The notes: generated by a model not told the origin, from the letters alone. A stretch of DNA of 64,000 nt from Geosiphon pyriformis uo1 (GCA_016748015.1 JAAOMT010000135.1:1053085-1117084), one strand, 5' to 3'; shown: positions 14,094 to 29,598, counted from the first letter of the stretch. Numbers and translations are program-made.

Positions 14094-15015
14094 AAAAAAA
14101 AAAAAAAAAAAAANNNNNNNNNNNNNNNNNNNNNNNNNNNNNNNNNNNNNNNNNNNNNNNNNNNNNNNNNNNNNNNNNNNNNNNNNNNNNNNNNNNNNNN
14201 NNNNNNNNNNNNNNNNNNNNNNNNNNNNNNNNNNNNNNNNNNNNNNNNNNNNNNNNNNNNNNNNNNNNNNNNNNNNNNNNNNNNNNNNNNNNNNNNNNNN
14301 NNNNNNNNNNNNNNNNNNNNNNNNNNNNNNNNNNNNNNNNNNNNNNNNNNNNNNNNNNNNNNNNNNNNNNNNNNNNNNNNNNNNNNNNNNNNNNNNNNNN
14401 NNNNNNNNNNNNNNNNNNNNNNNNNNNNNNNNNNNNNNNNNNNNNNNNNNNNNNNNNNNNNNNNNNNNNNNNNNNNNNNNNNNNNNNNNNNNNNNNNNNN
14501 NNNNNNNNNNNNNNNNNNNNNNNNNNNNNNNNNNNNNNNNNNNNNNNNNNNNNNNNNNNNNNNNNNNNNNNNNNNNNNNNNNNNNNNNNNNNNNNNNNNN
14601 NNNNNNNNNNNNNNNNNNNNNNNNNNNNNNNNNNNNNNNNNNNNNNNNNNNNNNNNNNNNNNNNNNNNNNNNNNNNNNNNNNNNNNNNNNNNNNNNNNNN
14701 NNNNNNNNNNNNNNNNNNNNATGCCCGAGATTAACCTTAAAAAAAAAAAAAAAAAACGCCAAAAGTCTTCATTTCGCCAACATGCATAGGTTATGGGCTA
14801 AAGGAAATCCCAAATAAATCAAAAAAGTAGAATATACTTCTCACTTAAATTAAAATGGAAAAATCAAATAAATAAAAGACAATTTGATTATTCAACCTCG
14901 GAATATTTTTTTTTTCTCTCGACAATGCTTATCATAAAATTCTCCGAAGTGATAAAGTTTTGTTTCCGATGTTTAAAACAAATTTTAAAGTTTAAAAGGG
15001 AATAATCTTGTAAAC

Positions 15016-15065
<50 letters not shown>

Positions 15066-15215
15066 TATCAACTTATGGTTATTATTATTTTTATAAATGA
15101 AAAAACTTTTAACCTTTGAATATTCTTATGATTTGATAATTTTAAAAATTGGATTAAACATCTAGTTTACAAAAGAAAGTTATACCTTCCTTCCTTCCTA
15201 TAAATTCCTTTTAAA

Positions 15216-15246
<31 letters not shown>

Positions 15247-15431
15247 TTGAACTACGTTACACATTATAAGTTACTGTTTAACAGTTTTTGTTTATTTCTG
15301 ATTTTAACACGAGATTATGATTGTGTGAATCATTGTATCTATTATAATTATGATCATCATTATCATTTTTATTCACATGAAATATTTAAAAGCCAAATCG
15401 GAGAATTTTATAGCTAGAATTATAAAAAATA

Positions 15432-15470
<39 letters not shown>

Positions 15471-16327
15471 TTTGTTGTTGTTGTTGTTGTTGTTGTTATT
15501 GTTGTTATTGTTGTTATTGTTGTGAATGCTTATATAATTCCTTCTTAAAATATATCATTTATCAAAAATTTTTAAAAAAAAAATTATTTTTTATCATATT
15601 AAAAATGTATTTAATATTTCAAAAATGTATTTTTAAACATACATAGAATACCTTTTGTATCAAAGTGTTAACAAAAATTTCAAAATCGAGAATAAAAAAT
15701 CCCTGTAAATAAACTTTATTCAAAAAATTAATATTAAAATTAAAATCGGAATTTCTAATCCCAAATTTAACCGACAAATTAAACGTTTCACAATTTCCCC
15801 AAAGAAAAATCATGGTTTATGGGGATAAACGGTAAATTAAATAGGGATTTATAATATTCCGAAATTTTTAAACTAAAAAAAAAAGGGTAAAATATCCGAA
15901 AAAAATCTAGAACCTAAAGACCAATTATTAATATAAGAAATATTTTTAGATTTTAAAAATTTTTCTTTGTTTTTATTTAATACCTTATATCTAATTAATC
16001 ATGAGTTATTACTAATAATATTATGAAAGGTTTCATATTTAAAAATAATTCTCTTAAGAGTATAAATATAGGTATGGATATAAGTATAGGTAAAGATATA
16101 CATATACATATACATATAGTAAAACAAGAATAAGAAATTTTAAATAAATAAGAATAAGGTTTTTTTTCGATTAGTTGTTAAAATAAATATATATTACGGA
16201 AAAATTTAAATTTATTCATGTTAAATTAAATAAATATGTAATAATATGTAATAATGTGTAATAATTTGATTTATAATGTGTATTTTTGGTTAAATTTTGA
16301 TAAATTCTTAATAATAACAACAACAAC

Positions 16328-16384
<57 letters not shown>

Positions 16385-16994
16385 AGTATGAAAAGATGTA
16401 AATTAGATATTTTATATTTTTAATATTGATCCGTGTAAAAAAAAAATATATATATATATTTTCTTAATCAGATCAAACCCATTAATAGAAATTATTTTTT
16501 TATAAACTTTTTTTACATATTTTTCAAAGTGATTATTTTTTAAATATTTATAAAAAAAAACTAAAATTAATTTAATTTACTAAATCTAATTTATAGAAAT
16601 TGGTTGGACTACACCAAAAAAATAAAAATAATAATAATGTATAATATTAAATTATTAATATATAAAAAACGTTTAAATATCTATAATTATTTATTCTTTT
16701 CAATTTAAATTTAAATTTAAAAGATAACTTGATAAAAATTTTATATAAATGTTAAAGTTAATTTCGTTTAATTATAATAAAAGAGTTTTATTTTTATTTT
16801 TAAACAGTAATTACAACTAAAATTTAAATATTTCAGATTACACAAGTATAAAAATATATATATATATATATATTTTTATATTTATCTATCTATCTTAACC
16901 GCAATAAACCGTTTGAAAGAACCACGCTGTATTGATCTTTTAAACACCATCTTTTCCCTAATCACTTTATTCAAATCTTTGAATCGATCGAAAA

Positions 16995-17072
<78 letters not shown>

Positions 17073-18324
17073 ACACACATTTCTTTCCAATCGCCATTCT
17101 ATTATCTCACAAACTTTATTAATCATCATGATATTTTTTTAAAATGGAATACATAACCATCCACCCACCTATTATACACAAAGATATTATAGGTTGATAA
17201 ACTAGCAACACGTAAAAATTTCAATCTTTACAAACTACATGTAATTGAAGTAAAGTAAATTTCATGTAAAATTCACTGATCTCTTGATCTCTTGATTGAA
17301 AAAAAAAAGCTAAACTCCAAAGAGCATAATGATTACAGGCGAGGGAAGAAAGTTTTTCTTATCTAAATTGAAAACAAATAAAGAAAAATGGAAATTAAAA
17401 AAAAAAACTTTTTTCACAATGTTAAAAAATTGTATTTTTAAAATTATTAAAATTTATTTAATTTTTATTTAAATTTAAATTTAAATTTAAATTAAATTAA
17501 TAAACGATGTATCAAAATTTAAAAAATGGCAATTAAAATAAATATATTTTAAATTTTAATAATAATAATAATAATAATAATAATTTTTATGAAATCTTTG
17601 TATTATTCAACATGGTAGATCATTGGATGAATTTTTCCATGTTCTATGTGTATTTAAAAAAACCTCGGAAAAATGTAGAATTTAAATATTTAGGATCTAG
17701 ACTTATAGATAACAAAACCTTTTTTGCATTATTTTCATAGATTATCTTTTTCGACTCGAAGAAAAAAAATAAAAAAATAAAAATAAAAATAAAAAAAATA
17801 AAAAAAAAAGATCATGCTCGAGGGGTAACATTCTAACTATTAAATGGCCTTTGATTACTAATGAGGATCTCTACATTTAAATTTGGTAAAAAAGAAAGTT
17901 TCCGTGAAAGTTAAAATAATGTAATTTTTAAAATAACAATTTTATTTCTGTTATATTGAAAGATTTTCAACCATAAATATATGTAATTTTTGTTCAAAAA
18001 TTCCTTCTTTACCATTTTTTTTTTGTCACCTCAAAGAGATAACAGAAATGTGCTAAACAAAAAAAAAACACAACAAATTAAACATAGAAACACACACACA
18101 CACACACATATATATACTGTGTTTTGAATAATACTGTTTGAATTAAGAAAGAAATGACAAAATAATTACCTATAATTAAAAATTAGTTATTAGTTTGATC
18201 GAAAAATGTCTCAGATATTATCTAAATATTTTGAGGACGAAATTAATTTCTTGAAATTTTCTATACTTTTGAAATTACTATGAAGAAACATAGCTGTGAA
18301 GGGTTTCAGCTTTTGATTTACACG

Positions 18325-18369
<45 letters not shown>

Positions 18370-18874
18370 GGTGATGCTGGTTGTTTTTATTTTCTCGCTG
18401 TTTGTTTGATGTTGTTTTTTGGTCATTCGAAATCGAAAAGGAAATCCATATTAAAGTTTTTTTAATAGAATCAATGATTTGGGCTGGACTAAATCAACAA
18501 AGCATCAATTAGAAAGATCTGGAATCAATGAATCAATCTATCAATGTAAATAATGATGCAGATCTAAACTCTAAAATTATTTTTTTGTGTCATATCATAC
18601 AAATCCTCATGGCAAATTTGATGTTGCTGTTCGACAGAAATGAAAAAGATTGGTTATGTTTTTCTTTGGATTTAATGAAATTGATATGTTTGATTTTCTT
18701 GGGCCCTAGCGAGTCCTTTGGGGGAATCGACGCAATTAATTTTGTCTTGTAAAAGCTGAAATTCTCCTGGGAACTATTGATTGGTACGTTTTTTTTGTTT
18801 TTTTTGTTGTTGTTGTTGTTGTTGTTGGGTACCTTAAGGGTATTAAATTCCCCAACTAAAGGTTTTCAGTTAGT

Positions 18875-18918
<44 letters not shown>

Positions 18919-19407
18919 ATAAAATCTGAAATCTTTTGACCTTTGAAGATCATTCAATAAAGTAATTGATTTTCAAATTTTTCTTTTGCTTCAAAATTGA
19001 ACACACGGAGTACATGATATTTTAGACAATCCTTTCCTTTTAACCTGGACTTATGTAGATCTTTACTCGAAATTTCTGGTAAAAAAAAAAGTCAAGAATT
19101 GCACCGATTTTAAAATCCTTGTCATCGTGATACTGCCTCAGGAGCTTTTGCATACAATGAGATCTTTTTGGGAGTTGTCTTGCTAATGTTGTTTTAGGTA
19201 TTCCCCATCTTTGATCTATAGAGTGTATTCTTATTATTGATTTGATTTGATTTGATTTTGATTTGATTTTTTTTTTGCTAAAGGAGAAAATTCTAATTAC
19301 TTGATAAAATCACGATTGGAGAGATTAAATGTTAAAGAAATCTTTTAATGAATGAATAAATGAGTATTCGAGATGTTGTTTTTTAATATTATAAAAAATA
19401 ATGAAAA

Positions 19408-19446
<39 letters not shown>

Positions 19447-19809
19447 TTCAAATTAGCATGATAAAAATGCAGCCAAATTGTTTGTTGTGACCTTTATTAA
19501 TTTTCGACAAAGTAAACCTGAATATCTTTGAAAAATTGGGAGATTAACAGGAAACCTTTTCATTTATCAGTCAATCACTCAAATAATTAGGAATTAATAA
19601 TTTGTTGATCGTTCCTCATTCTAAAAAAGATGGTAAGAAAGGTTATCAACTTTCATAGGTTAAAAAAGACCTCGAGTCATCATTTCATTTTTTGGGTACT
19701 GATAAGGGGCCTGAATTAATGTGTGTGATTAATTTGTGGGGATTTCATTCTAAAGTCACTACTCGAAAATTTGTTTTTTCTCAAATTTTCCTTTTCAAAA
19801 CTTTTGTCC

Positions 19810-19846
<37 letters not shown>

Positions 19847-21429
19847 AATCAATCAATCAATCAATCAATGAATCTGTTTTTGCTAGCCCCGGAAAGAAAG
19901 AAAGAAAAGAGAGATGATTCAGAAAATGTAAACAAAATAAATCAAAAAGAAGTAAAGTCAATTTTTCCAAATCATATTTAATTAAGAATTTAGAAAAAGA
20001 ATGATTTAGAATTCAAAAATCCATTATTCGAATTCCATTGAAGAATATATCACAATTAATGAGTTTTTTGATTTGTATTTTCATCTTTGTGTGAAGGAAA
20101 GGATTAAAAGATTTTTAACTCTTTGAAAAACAGTCAGTGATTTAAAAATCATGATAATGCTTATTAATTATTGATTTATTTTTTTTGGTAAAAAAAAAAA
20201 AAACCGACCAATTTAGTCGAAAAAAAAGCATGGTATTTGCTTGTTCAATTTTTAGAAAGAAATCGGAATTTTCTAAAGAAAGATTCTTGAAAAAAAAAAA
20301 AAAAAAANNNNNNNNNNNNNNNNNNNNNNNNNNNNNNNNNNNNNNNNNNNNNNNNNNNNNNNNNNNNNNNNNNNNNNNNNNNNNNNNNNNNNNNNNNNNN
20401 NNNNNNNNNNNNNNNNNNNNNNNNNNNNNNNNNNNNNNNNNNNNNNNNNNNNNNNNNNNNNNNNNNNNNNNNNNNNNNNNNNNNNNNNNNNNNNNNNAAA
20501 AAAAAAAAAAAAAAGTATTACAACCACAATCGTTCGAAAAATAGATTTCACTAAAATAATGAAAATTAATTTTCATAAATGGAATAAATTTTTACCGCGT
20601 GAGAAAAAATTGTGTGTGGGGTGGGGGAGGGATTTTTTTTTAATTATAAATATTAATCAATTTTTTTTTAATTATAAATATTTAAATTTATATTAATCAA
20701 TTTATATTAATCAATTTTTTTTAATAAAGCTCGAAACTCAAAAAATTTGAAATTTGAAATTCGGGATTGAAATGTTGAAAAAAAAAAGAAAAAGAAAAAA
20801 AAGGAGTAAATAAAAAGTAAATAAATTTGTTGGTAAAAAGAAATTCATTTGAATCACCACCAAATAATTCTCTAAAATAAATTTGTCTTCATAAAAATTA
20901 AAATTTTTTCCCGAAAAAATAAAAAAAAAATTCTATTTTAAATGATTAGAAATCCTAAAAGCTAAAATCTAAACTTGACTAGTCTGAAGGTTCTTCCTTG
21001 CTAAATATAATTTTTTAATTTATACTCTTTTAATTTTCGACGGATAATAATTTTGAATTTATATGTTAATATTAAAAATTAGAAATTAACTAAAATAAGT
21101 TAGAAAAAATTTTAATCTACAAATTAAATAAAATTTTGAGCCTGTAAAAAGGTTTTCAAATTATATTAAACATGTGATATTATCGTCTAAAGTAAATGAT
21201 ATTATTTCAGAAAATTTTAAATTCATGCTTTGACTTTTTTTTTAAATCATTTAATTTCGGCTCAATTTGGATTTTTTATCAAGTTTTTTCCATTTGTAAA
21301 ATATTTACCCTCCTTTTTCATGAAATATCAAATCTATTATATTCTTAAATTCTCGGGTTTAAAGAACTCCATTTGAATTGATTCAAAATTAGTTGCAATC
21401 GCAAAACGAATAATTAATCGATTGATTGA

Positions 21430-22400
21430 TTGATTGGATCATAAAGTAATTAATTTTAATTGGATCATAAAGTAATTAATTTTGATTGGATCATAAAGTA
21501 ATTAATTTTAATTGGATCATAAAGTATTTAATTTTAATTGGATCATAAAGTATTTAATTTTGATTGGATCATAAAGTAATTAATTTTGATTGGATCATAA
21601 AGTAATTAATTTTAATTGGATCATAAAGTAATTAATTTTGATTGGATAATAAAGTGATTAATTTTAATTGGATCATAAAGTTATTAATTTTGATTGGATA
21701 ATAAAGTGATTAATTTTGATTGGATCATAAAGTATTTAATTTTGATTGGATCATAAAGTATTTAATTTTAATTGGATTATAAAGTATTTAATTTTAATTG
21801 GATCATAAAGTATTTAATTTTAATTGGATCATAAAGTATTTAATTTTAATTGGATCATAAAGTATTTAATTTTGATTGGATCATAAATTAATTAATTTTA
21901 ATTGGATCATAAATTAATTAATTTTAATTGGATCATAAAGTAATTAATGTTAATTGGATCATAAAGTAATTAATTTTGATTGGATCATAAAGTATTTAAT
22001 TTTGATTGGATCATAAATTAATTAATTTTAATTGAATCATAAAGTAATTAATTTTGATTGGATCATAAAGTATTTAATTTTAATTGGATCATAAAGTATT
22101 TAATTTTAATTAGATTATAAAGTAATTAATTTTAATTGGATCATAAAGTAATTAATTTTAATTGGATCATAAAGTATTTAATTTTAATTGGATTATAAAG
22201 TAATTAATTTTGATTGGATCATAAAGTAATTAATTTTGATTGGATCATAAAGTAATTAATTTTAATTGGATAATAAAGTGATTAATTTTAATTGGATCAT
22301 AAATTAATTAATTTTAATTGGATCATAAAGTAATTAATGTTAATTGGATCATAAAGTAATTAATTTTGATTGGATCATAAAGTAATTAATTTTAATTTTA
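21430..22400. repeat. 26-bp tandem minisatellite (consensus GGATCATAAAGTAWTTAATTTTRATT), about 37 copies, left block
   Basis: GGATC recurs with a 26-bp period (21436, 21462, ...); units are head-to-tail with no unique spacers. Confidence 0.95.
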
Positions 22401-22532
22401 ATTTTTTTTTCTTTTTTTAACGAGTGAAGTCTAAATGCTACCTAAAACAATACATCATTCAAATGATTTAAACTAGGCATGAATCATGCTTTTCTTACAT
22501 GTAACCAGTTACTCGGACCAGTCAGAATAACA

Positions 22533-25500
22533 CTATGCACTTATACTAACAGAAATCATGTCACTTATATCTGCAAAAAATAAACAAGGCTTGTGAAACC
22601 CAAAACTAATGCTGAGTGCATTAACAACACCTAACAACTTAATTACACCAGCCAAAAATTGGAAAGCAAAACCAGAAATGGAGACAGAAACAGAGCCATT
22701 ATGTGGAATCAGCCTATTCTTCTTCATAATGGCCCGGTGTCTCACACAAACCAGCCAGATATTATTACAGAATGCAAAGCAAAACTTGTGAACAAAATCC
22801 ACAACATTAAAGACTGCCACCTTAGGATCCTTGTAAACAGAAACAGACTTATGATACAAATCATTAAAAACAAAGCTCTTACACAGAGTTATACCAACTG
22901 CCACATCAAAGATGCAAGTCAACAACAACCAAGAAACACACGAAAAAAAATAAAACAAACCAGAATGTGCTGTCCAGACATCTGCATGAATGTCCATCAA
23001 TTGAGCACGACCAGCAGCATCAAAAGAACAGGAAAAAACATGGTTCAAAATCTTGATATTGTCACAAAACAAACAAACCACACTAAGGTAACACTTATCA
23101 TAAAGGTGCTTATGCACAGTAACAGAAAGACAACAGTGCAGGGTCTTTATGAAATATGTCCAAAAGCTGGCTGTTTACACACTAGTAAAACCAGCAGCCA
23201 TGTGAGAATTCAGATGCCACACCAAAGAAGACTTGGACCAATCAATCTCACCCCGCAAACTATCCACCACAACCCCAGAACTAAAGCTGATCTCCCAACG
23301 TGCTCAATGAACAGACTGGAAAACACTACAGACAAAACGTCTCAAATTACCAAATATAGGAATACTATCAGCCTTCAGAAAACGTTCACCAACTATATGA
23401 GACAACTGCCAAGAAGAAAAGGCAGCATCCTTAACAAGTGCATCAGCCTGCACATTGCCTAGGATACCCGAATGACCTTTAACTTTAATCCAATTCACAT
23501 CCAAATTTTTTCAATGAATAACATTAGCAATGTGGCAATGTTCAATCCAACACTGATTTCTGAAATCTGGACAAACCAGCAGAGACTCAGACTTGCAAGC
23601 ATCCAAAGCAGCCTGGCTGTCCAAGAACAAGTTAACTGAACAAAAAGAGAGGATACATTCAAGAACCAAGGAGATGACCTGCAACTCTGTCATCGTAGAA
23701 GAAACCATACCAAACACACTTATGCTCAAACCTGAATTAATGTCCTCAAAAAAAACAGCAGCATCAGCCTTCATATTACGAGTTCCTAAACCACTTAGAG
23801 ACCTGTCCATATACACAGAAAGACAAGCCATGTCAACAATCAACAGATTGTCACAAACAACACCAAAACCATGAGATTGGCGAACATCAAATAAGGCACA
23901 ACTTTCCCCAAGTGAAGAGTTAACAGAAAAAGGCACAGCACCACTGAAAAAATGAACAAAGAGATTAAACCATAAAGGAACAGATCTACAGAGATCCAGC
24001 CTCTTCTAACACTTGAAAGCTTTCCAACTAAAAACAACACCATTTTGATCACGTAGTTGCTTCACAAACACAATATCATAATACTTGAGCAAGGAGACAC
24101 ATTTGAGAAAATTCGGCTTGCTAAGAACGAAAGACATAGGAGTGCCTTCCCGATGGTGAAAGACATAGAACGGAGAATTGCCCAAAGACAAATCACACCC
24201 AGAAAAAATATGGACTATACCAGCCAAAAAACTATTTGAAAGGGTGATGTCAATACAAGTCAGGAACACCAAAAGGTGACGAGAACACCAACTGAAAACC
24301 TGAAGATTATGAGACCTGTGAGAAAACAACCAACCTAAGATTCCAATTAAATTAGCAAAGGAAACCACAGAAGGAGATTTGCTTTCAGCTTGAATCTGCT
24401 CAAAAGATTTTAAACCATACAAAAAAGGATGATGGATTGTATCACTTGGAAAGTTATGTGGAAGGCCAGATTTAGATTTCAGACCCTTTCAAATTAGAGC
24501 ATCCCACTTATAACACACACTGAGAGGAATATAGCTGAACTGAATTCTGTAGCCAACAATTGAAAAGAAGACTGCGAACACCAAATACACAAACTGCTTA
24601 TCCAAAATTGTCTTTCTTATGACAAGATTAACAAAAAATTGAACATCCAAATGAGCCTTAGCCAAACTAGGTTTCGACAAACCCTCAGATGACAAAAAAA
24701 TGCCCAGATAATGGTAAGATTCCCCCTTCTTGGCGATAGAAATTGGCAAACCACTGACAGTTAGATATAGAGACTCGACCTGACAGTTGATGGGAATGAC
24801 CACAGTCTTATCATTGTTAATAGAAATGTCATTAAATTTAAAAAACTTACTAGCTACATCAAGTATGTACTGTGTAGCAGCCTGGCTACTACCAACCCAT
24901 ATGGTATTATTAACAAAAACATTTGCTGCAAAAAACAAAGTTAACTCAGCCTGAGATTCAGCCTGGCCAGTTTTAGAAATAAAATGAGAATTTAATCTGT
25001 ATCTACAAACACTCTTTTGTTGCTTGATCTCACACAAAAGTGAATCATAGAAAATGTGCCACAGAAGAGACAAAAAAACCTCCTCTTGATTCAAACTATC
25101 ATGAACATGATATCCATTAGTTAAACCAAAGTCAGTTATTACTCTGTTGATACGACCATTGTGAATTCTACCAAAAAATCTAATGAACCTGTTACACATT
25201 TTGATCCTAACTAAACTCCTTCTAAGATGTACCCAATCAACAGAATCATAAGCCTTATGCATATTCTGTAAAACCAGCCACAGCTTCTGATTCTTTTCCA
25301 AAGCATCTTTAACCACAGAACCAATAGTGAAAATGAGGAACTGCATCATTATACCTTTCAAAACAGAGAAGTTATTACCATAAAGAACATCAAACTTGCT
25401 GCAAGCTGAAGAAATCCTGTCTAAGAAAATCTTGAAAAGAATCTTGTGGGCTGTTTCTATCAACACAATAGGATGGGTGTTTGTAAGAACACCCTTCCAC

Positions 25501-27221
25501 TCATATGGTTTAGGAATTATCGAGACCCAGGCCTTCCTCCAAGAACCAGGAACAGACTTACAAACCAAGCAACAATTCAAGAGCACCAAAAGCATATCCA
25601 AAACTGACTTGTTACAGTGCTTTCACAATTTGTTTGAGATGCCAAAGAGACCAGCTGCTTTCCCATCAGGCAGATTTGAAATGACAGCCAACATTTCATC
25701 AAAACCAATTATGCACATTACATCAGAAAAAACACTATCAAACACATAATCTAAGGGCTTATATTAATGATTCCAATTATCTGAAAAGTCAGATTCTATT
25801 CCATGCTTCCGAGTCCATCCTTCCATTATCTCATCCACTTTAGATTTAACCAACTCAGGCTCCAAGATCAGCTCATCATCCACAATCAAATGATCTAACA
25901 CCACTTTGCGAAAAGAATGCTCTAATACACTTTTGATAGTATGACTCTTATTCGACTCAAAACTTTCCATCCTACTGTCAATAGCTTGCTTGATATGTGA
26001 TTCCTCAGCCTGCTGAGACTTCAGCAATTTGGATGAGTGGTAAAATTTTCTTATCTTGGCCAGAACAGAACGAACAACATCAAAACTAGAACCAGAGAGA
26101 AACAGAGATTTCATCTCCAATGCACTCATAGGATCAAGTCTGTTTCATGTTTCCAACAGCAACTCAAAATTCTCACAGGAAGCTAAACGAGAAGCCCTTA
26201 CCAGCTTGGACACCAACAATTTCAACTTATGGAACTGAGAAGACACTTTAGTGAAAACACTATTATAACTCTTAAACCATTTTTTTTTGAAAGACACATT
26301 AGCTGAAAAACTCATAATTTTGCGAATAATGTCTCACAATCCATCCAAATCCGAAAACCTTTGAGCCACATCAAAAGCATCCAAAAGCACAGTAGCATTG
26401 GCAGCCAAGGCAGCCTTAAACTTACACCATTTCAGATCATCGGCACCTTTGACATCAAACTTCCAACAGTCTTTGTTTGCCTGTTTGTGGAGTGAAGAGA
26501 AGTATACATCCAAAAAACTCCTCAGCCCTACAAAAACAGTAACAGCTTTGTGATCAGTATCAAAGTGCTCCAAGACATCAGTCACACTGCGATCCACTAC
26601 CGTATTAACCAAATTTGAAGATATGAAAACAAAATCAATTGTTTTTTCAACACCACAAGAATTATACCATATAAGTGTCTTTACAAAGAAACTCCCACCC
26701 AGAGAATTCACTAAACCCAGATTAAAACATTTTTTAAAGCTGGCACATCTATGAGAACCATCCTTGTTGAAATCACCACCAAGAATAACAAAAAAAAATT
26801 CATTTACAGACTTTATGATCAGAGAATTTATCTCAACAGCCTGGGAAAATCAGACAGTTAGGGAGGCACCAGCATAGAGCCCCAAAATCGAAACCAAAAG
26901 TTTATTTTTGAAAAGTAACCTGACACAAATAAGACAACCCGACACTTCAGAAACTTTATACACATGTTTAGCCAAAGAGTTGTTTATGACAATTGCCACA
27001 CCAGCACCCACATAACCAGAGTTCAAACCAGAAGAAAAAACTTGAACACCACCAAATTTGGTGGCCATCCACAGACAAACCTTATTCTTCAACTTAGTCT
27101 CTGTGAAAATTGAAACCAAATTGTTCATATCTCTATGCCATTAAACAATATCATCCTGTTTAGTAGGAACATTCATATCCTTAATGTTACAAGTAGCAAT
27201 TTTCCAAATAATACCATTTAT
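22533..27221 (-). pseudogene. LINE-A ORF2: APE endonuclease - reverse transcriptase - RNase H - CCHC, with multiple premature stops
   Basis: APE motifs TCNIK, ETKL, GVAI, GGDFN, IDF, TDH. RT motifs PIVLIETA, LQNMHKAYDSV, FVNNT (FVDDT eroded), YLGIFL. RNase H motifs ELQVI, DSQAAL, KVKGHSGILGNVQAD. C-terminal CLFC..HVFSC. Confidence 0.93.
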
Positions 27222-29028
27222 TGGGAAGGAGGTTGTGAAATCATACTACCAGCCAGAACTAACCCATCAAAATAAGCAGACAAACTCAGCACCAAAGCAG
27301 TAAGGCCTTTCAACATATTTTCTAACTTGGCAACATAGGGGGATGCAAATAAGTCTTTTACTGTAGCATTAACAGTAGTAGTCTCATCACCGATGGTCTT
27401 ACTTGAGCCCACTCCCATCACTATATCCTCTCCTTGATTCTGTGATGGAAGGGTCACTGACAGCTGACATCCAGGGCTAGGCTGAAAAACTGCCAGCACA
27501 AGTAAATCCAACCTCTTAGCCAACACACCAATTTGTCTCGTAAAACTGATTAGACCACTCTCAATATTCACCAAATACTTTTCCAAATTATTCACAACAG
27601 AAGGAAGAGGTTTACCAACATTGTCAGAACCAAAAAGTGAACCAGCACCATGAGAACTGTGCTCCAGAGAAGCACCAACAACTGATGCCCAAGTCTTACC
27701 ACTGAAAGCCAATGGACGAGAAATGGGTGTGGACTTCCAAGCATAGATAGTCACCAATCTGACCTGATCCCAAGCAAAAAGAGGTGCTTTTCTGCTCCTC
27801 AGGGTTGAACCAACCTTAACCAAAACACAATTGAGAGATGTATGACCAAGAAGACTGCAGACCGAGCACAGTGCCAAAGAGAGGTGAGACCAGTGAAGAC
27901 CAATCTCTTTTATAACTGGGGTTGCAGCCATTGCACTAACCAGATCAGATTCAGACCCAAAGCAAACAGTAACATAACAAGCATGAGTGTAGCTAACAGG
28001 ATTATGATTAATGACACATGTTTTCTCACCAACCAAACCAATGAAATCCCAAAGGTCATGAGCATTTGTTCCTACAGGAAGAGTGTATAGTAGTGTCCTG
28101 AATTCATCCCTGGAATCTCATGTCTGTTTGTCAACATTGGCTCTGGTCACATGTACTGTATCCTTTCCAATGAGGATAGACTATTTGGATGCCAAGAGAT
28201 CAGCCTGATTCTGATCTTCTAATTTGACGATCACTTTTTGCCACAGATCCACCAGTTGCATCTTGATCAACTTAATCAATCCAAACTCGGACATGGCAGC
28301 ATGCACAGCCTCTATGGAAGTTCCCACAGGAATTTTTTTCATCACAATTGCCCGATTCGTACAGTTGTTTACAGGATGCTTGAAATTGGTGTTTATTACA
28401 ACACTATGATCATTTGCCAACTTCTCAGCAGTCATCATTGCCTTTTCCAAAGTGAAAGTTGCACGAATAATTCCACCAAATTTTGAGGGAGTAGAAGCCC
28501 TCTCAAAACCATTCATACTTAAAAAAATTTTCCTGATAAAACTCAATTTTTTCTGAGAGAACTTCCCAGCAATGGCCATAAGATCAATATCTAAGCAAAG
28601 GATTTGTGAACAGGCACTTAAATGGTCAGTTTAATAGGTAGAGGGGGTGGAAAAAGAAAGGAATCATCTAACACATCATTGTTTGTATTGACAGTACCAT
28701 AATCAATCACACCCAAAGGCTTCTCTAACACCTTTTTGGTCATTATATGCAAATTCTTTGGCATTTGATTAGGATTTCTTTCCACAAAAGCACCACTTTT
28801 ATTATAGTTAACACTGGTTTTTTCAACCAAGCACTACTCTTCCATGTCAATACTCTCAGATTCAGTAGTGTTACCTGTCTCAGAACCCTATGAACAAGCA
28901 CCAGGAGCTTTAGCAGCAACCCTTCTATTATCAATACCCTTTGCCAATACATCTTCCTTCCTTTTTTTCCTTGATGCAATCGTCTTAAAACCACTCTCAG
29001 AACCAGAAACTTTAATAGTCTTCTTCAT
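27218..29028 (-). pseudogene. LINE-A ORF1 (RRM-like domains, Cys/His knuckle, coiled coil), disrupted
   Basis: Starts MKKTIKVSG at 29028; fragments 28618-28830, 28181-28579 and 27218-28036; knuckle CSVCSLLGHTSLNC; homologous to LINE-C ORF1. Confidence 0.85.
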
Positions 29029-29175
29029 AACAGCAATAACAAGACCAACAGTAGCTTCATAATTGAAGAACGGTTTTGATTTATTGTACTGAATGGTAAA
29101 AAACTTCTTTCGAAAAACTTTTGACTCTTTTTTGGGAATTTTAGACGAAGGAGAGAAAGAAGTTTTTTGAATTTT

Positions 29176-29598
29176 TTTATTTTAATTGGATTATAAAGTA
29201 ATTAATTTTAATTGGATCATAAAGTATTTAATTTTGATTGGATCATAAAGTAATTAATTTTGATTGGATCATAAAGTAATTAATTTTAATTAGATTATAA
29301 AGTGATTAATTTTGATTGGATTATAAATTAATTAATTTTAATTGGATCATAAAGTATTTAATTTTGATTGGATCATAAAGTAATTAATTTTAATTGGATT
29401 ATAAAGTAATTAATTTTAATTAGATCATAAAGTATTTAATTTTGATTGGATTATAAAATATTTAATTTTGATTGGATCATAAAGTATTTAATTTTGATTG
29501 GATTATAAAGTAATTAATTTTAATTGAATCATAAAGTATTTAATTTTAATTGGATCATAAAGTATTTAATTTTGATTGGATCATAAAGTAATTAATTT
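29176..29598. repeat. 26-bp minisatellite, middle block (about 16 copies); about one more unit at 31915-31955
   Basis: Same unit as 21430-22400, resuming directly after the LINE-A 5' end and again after the next element. Confidence 0.93.

Larger units (their letters stand above)
22401..29168 (-). mobile_element. Full-length L1-like non-LTR retrotransposon (LINE-A), degenerate, inserted in the minisatellite
   Basis: A-rich tail at about 22401-22420, 3' UTR, ORF2 with APE/RT/RNase H/CCHC, ORF1, and a 5' end AAAAAACTTCTTTCTCTCCTTC shared with LINE-C. Confidence 0.93.

Noticed and set aside
652-21400. Many short ORFs with poly-I/L/Y/N/K/C runs or spanning N gaps (all ORFs here other than the two TF exons)
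   Set aside because: They are translations of (AAT)n, (AAC)n or poly-A microsatellites, or of assembly gaps, with no domain signal.
21430-22400. CRISPR array
   Set aside because: The 26-bp units are contiguous with no unique spacers, no cas genes are present, and the context is eukaryotic.
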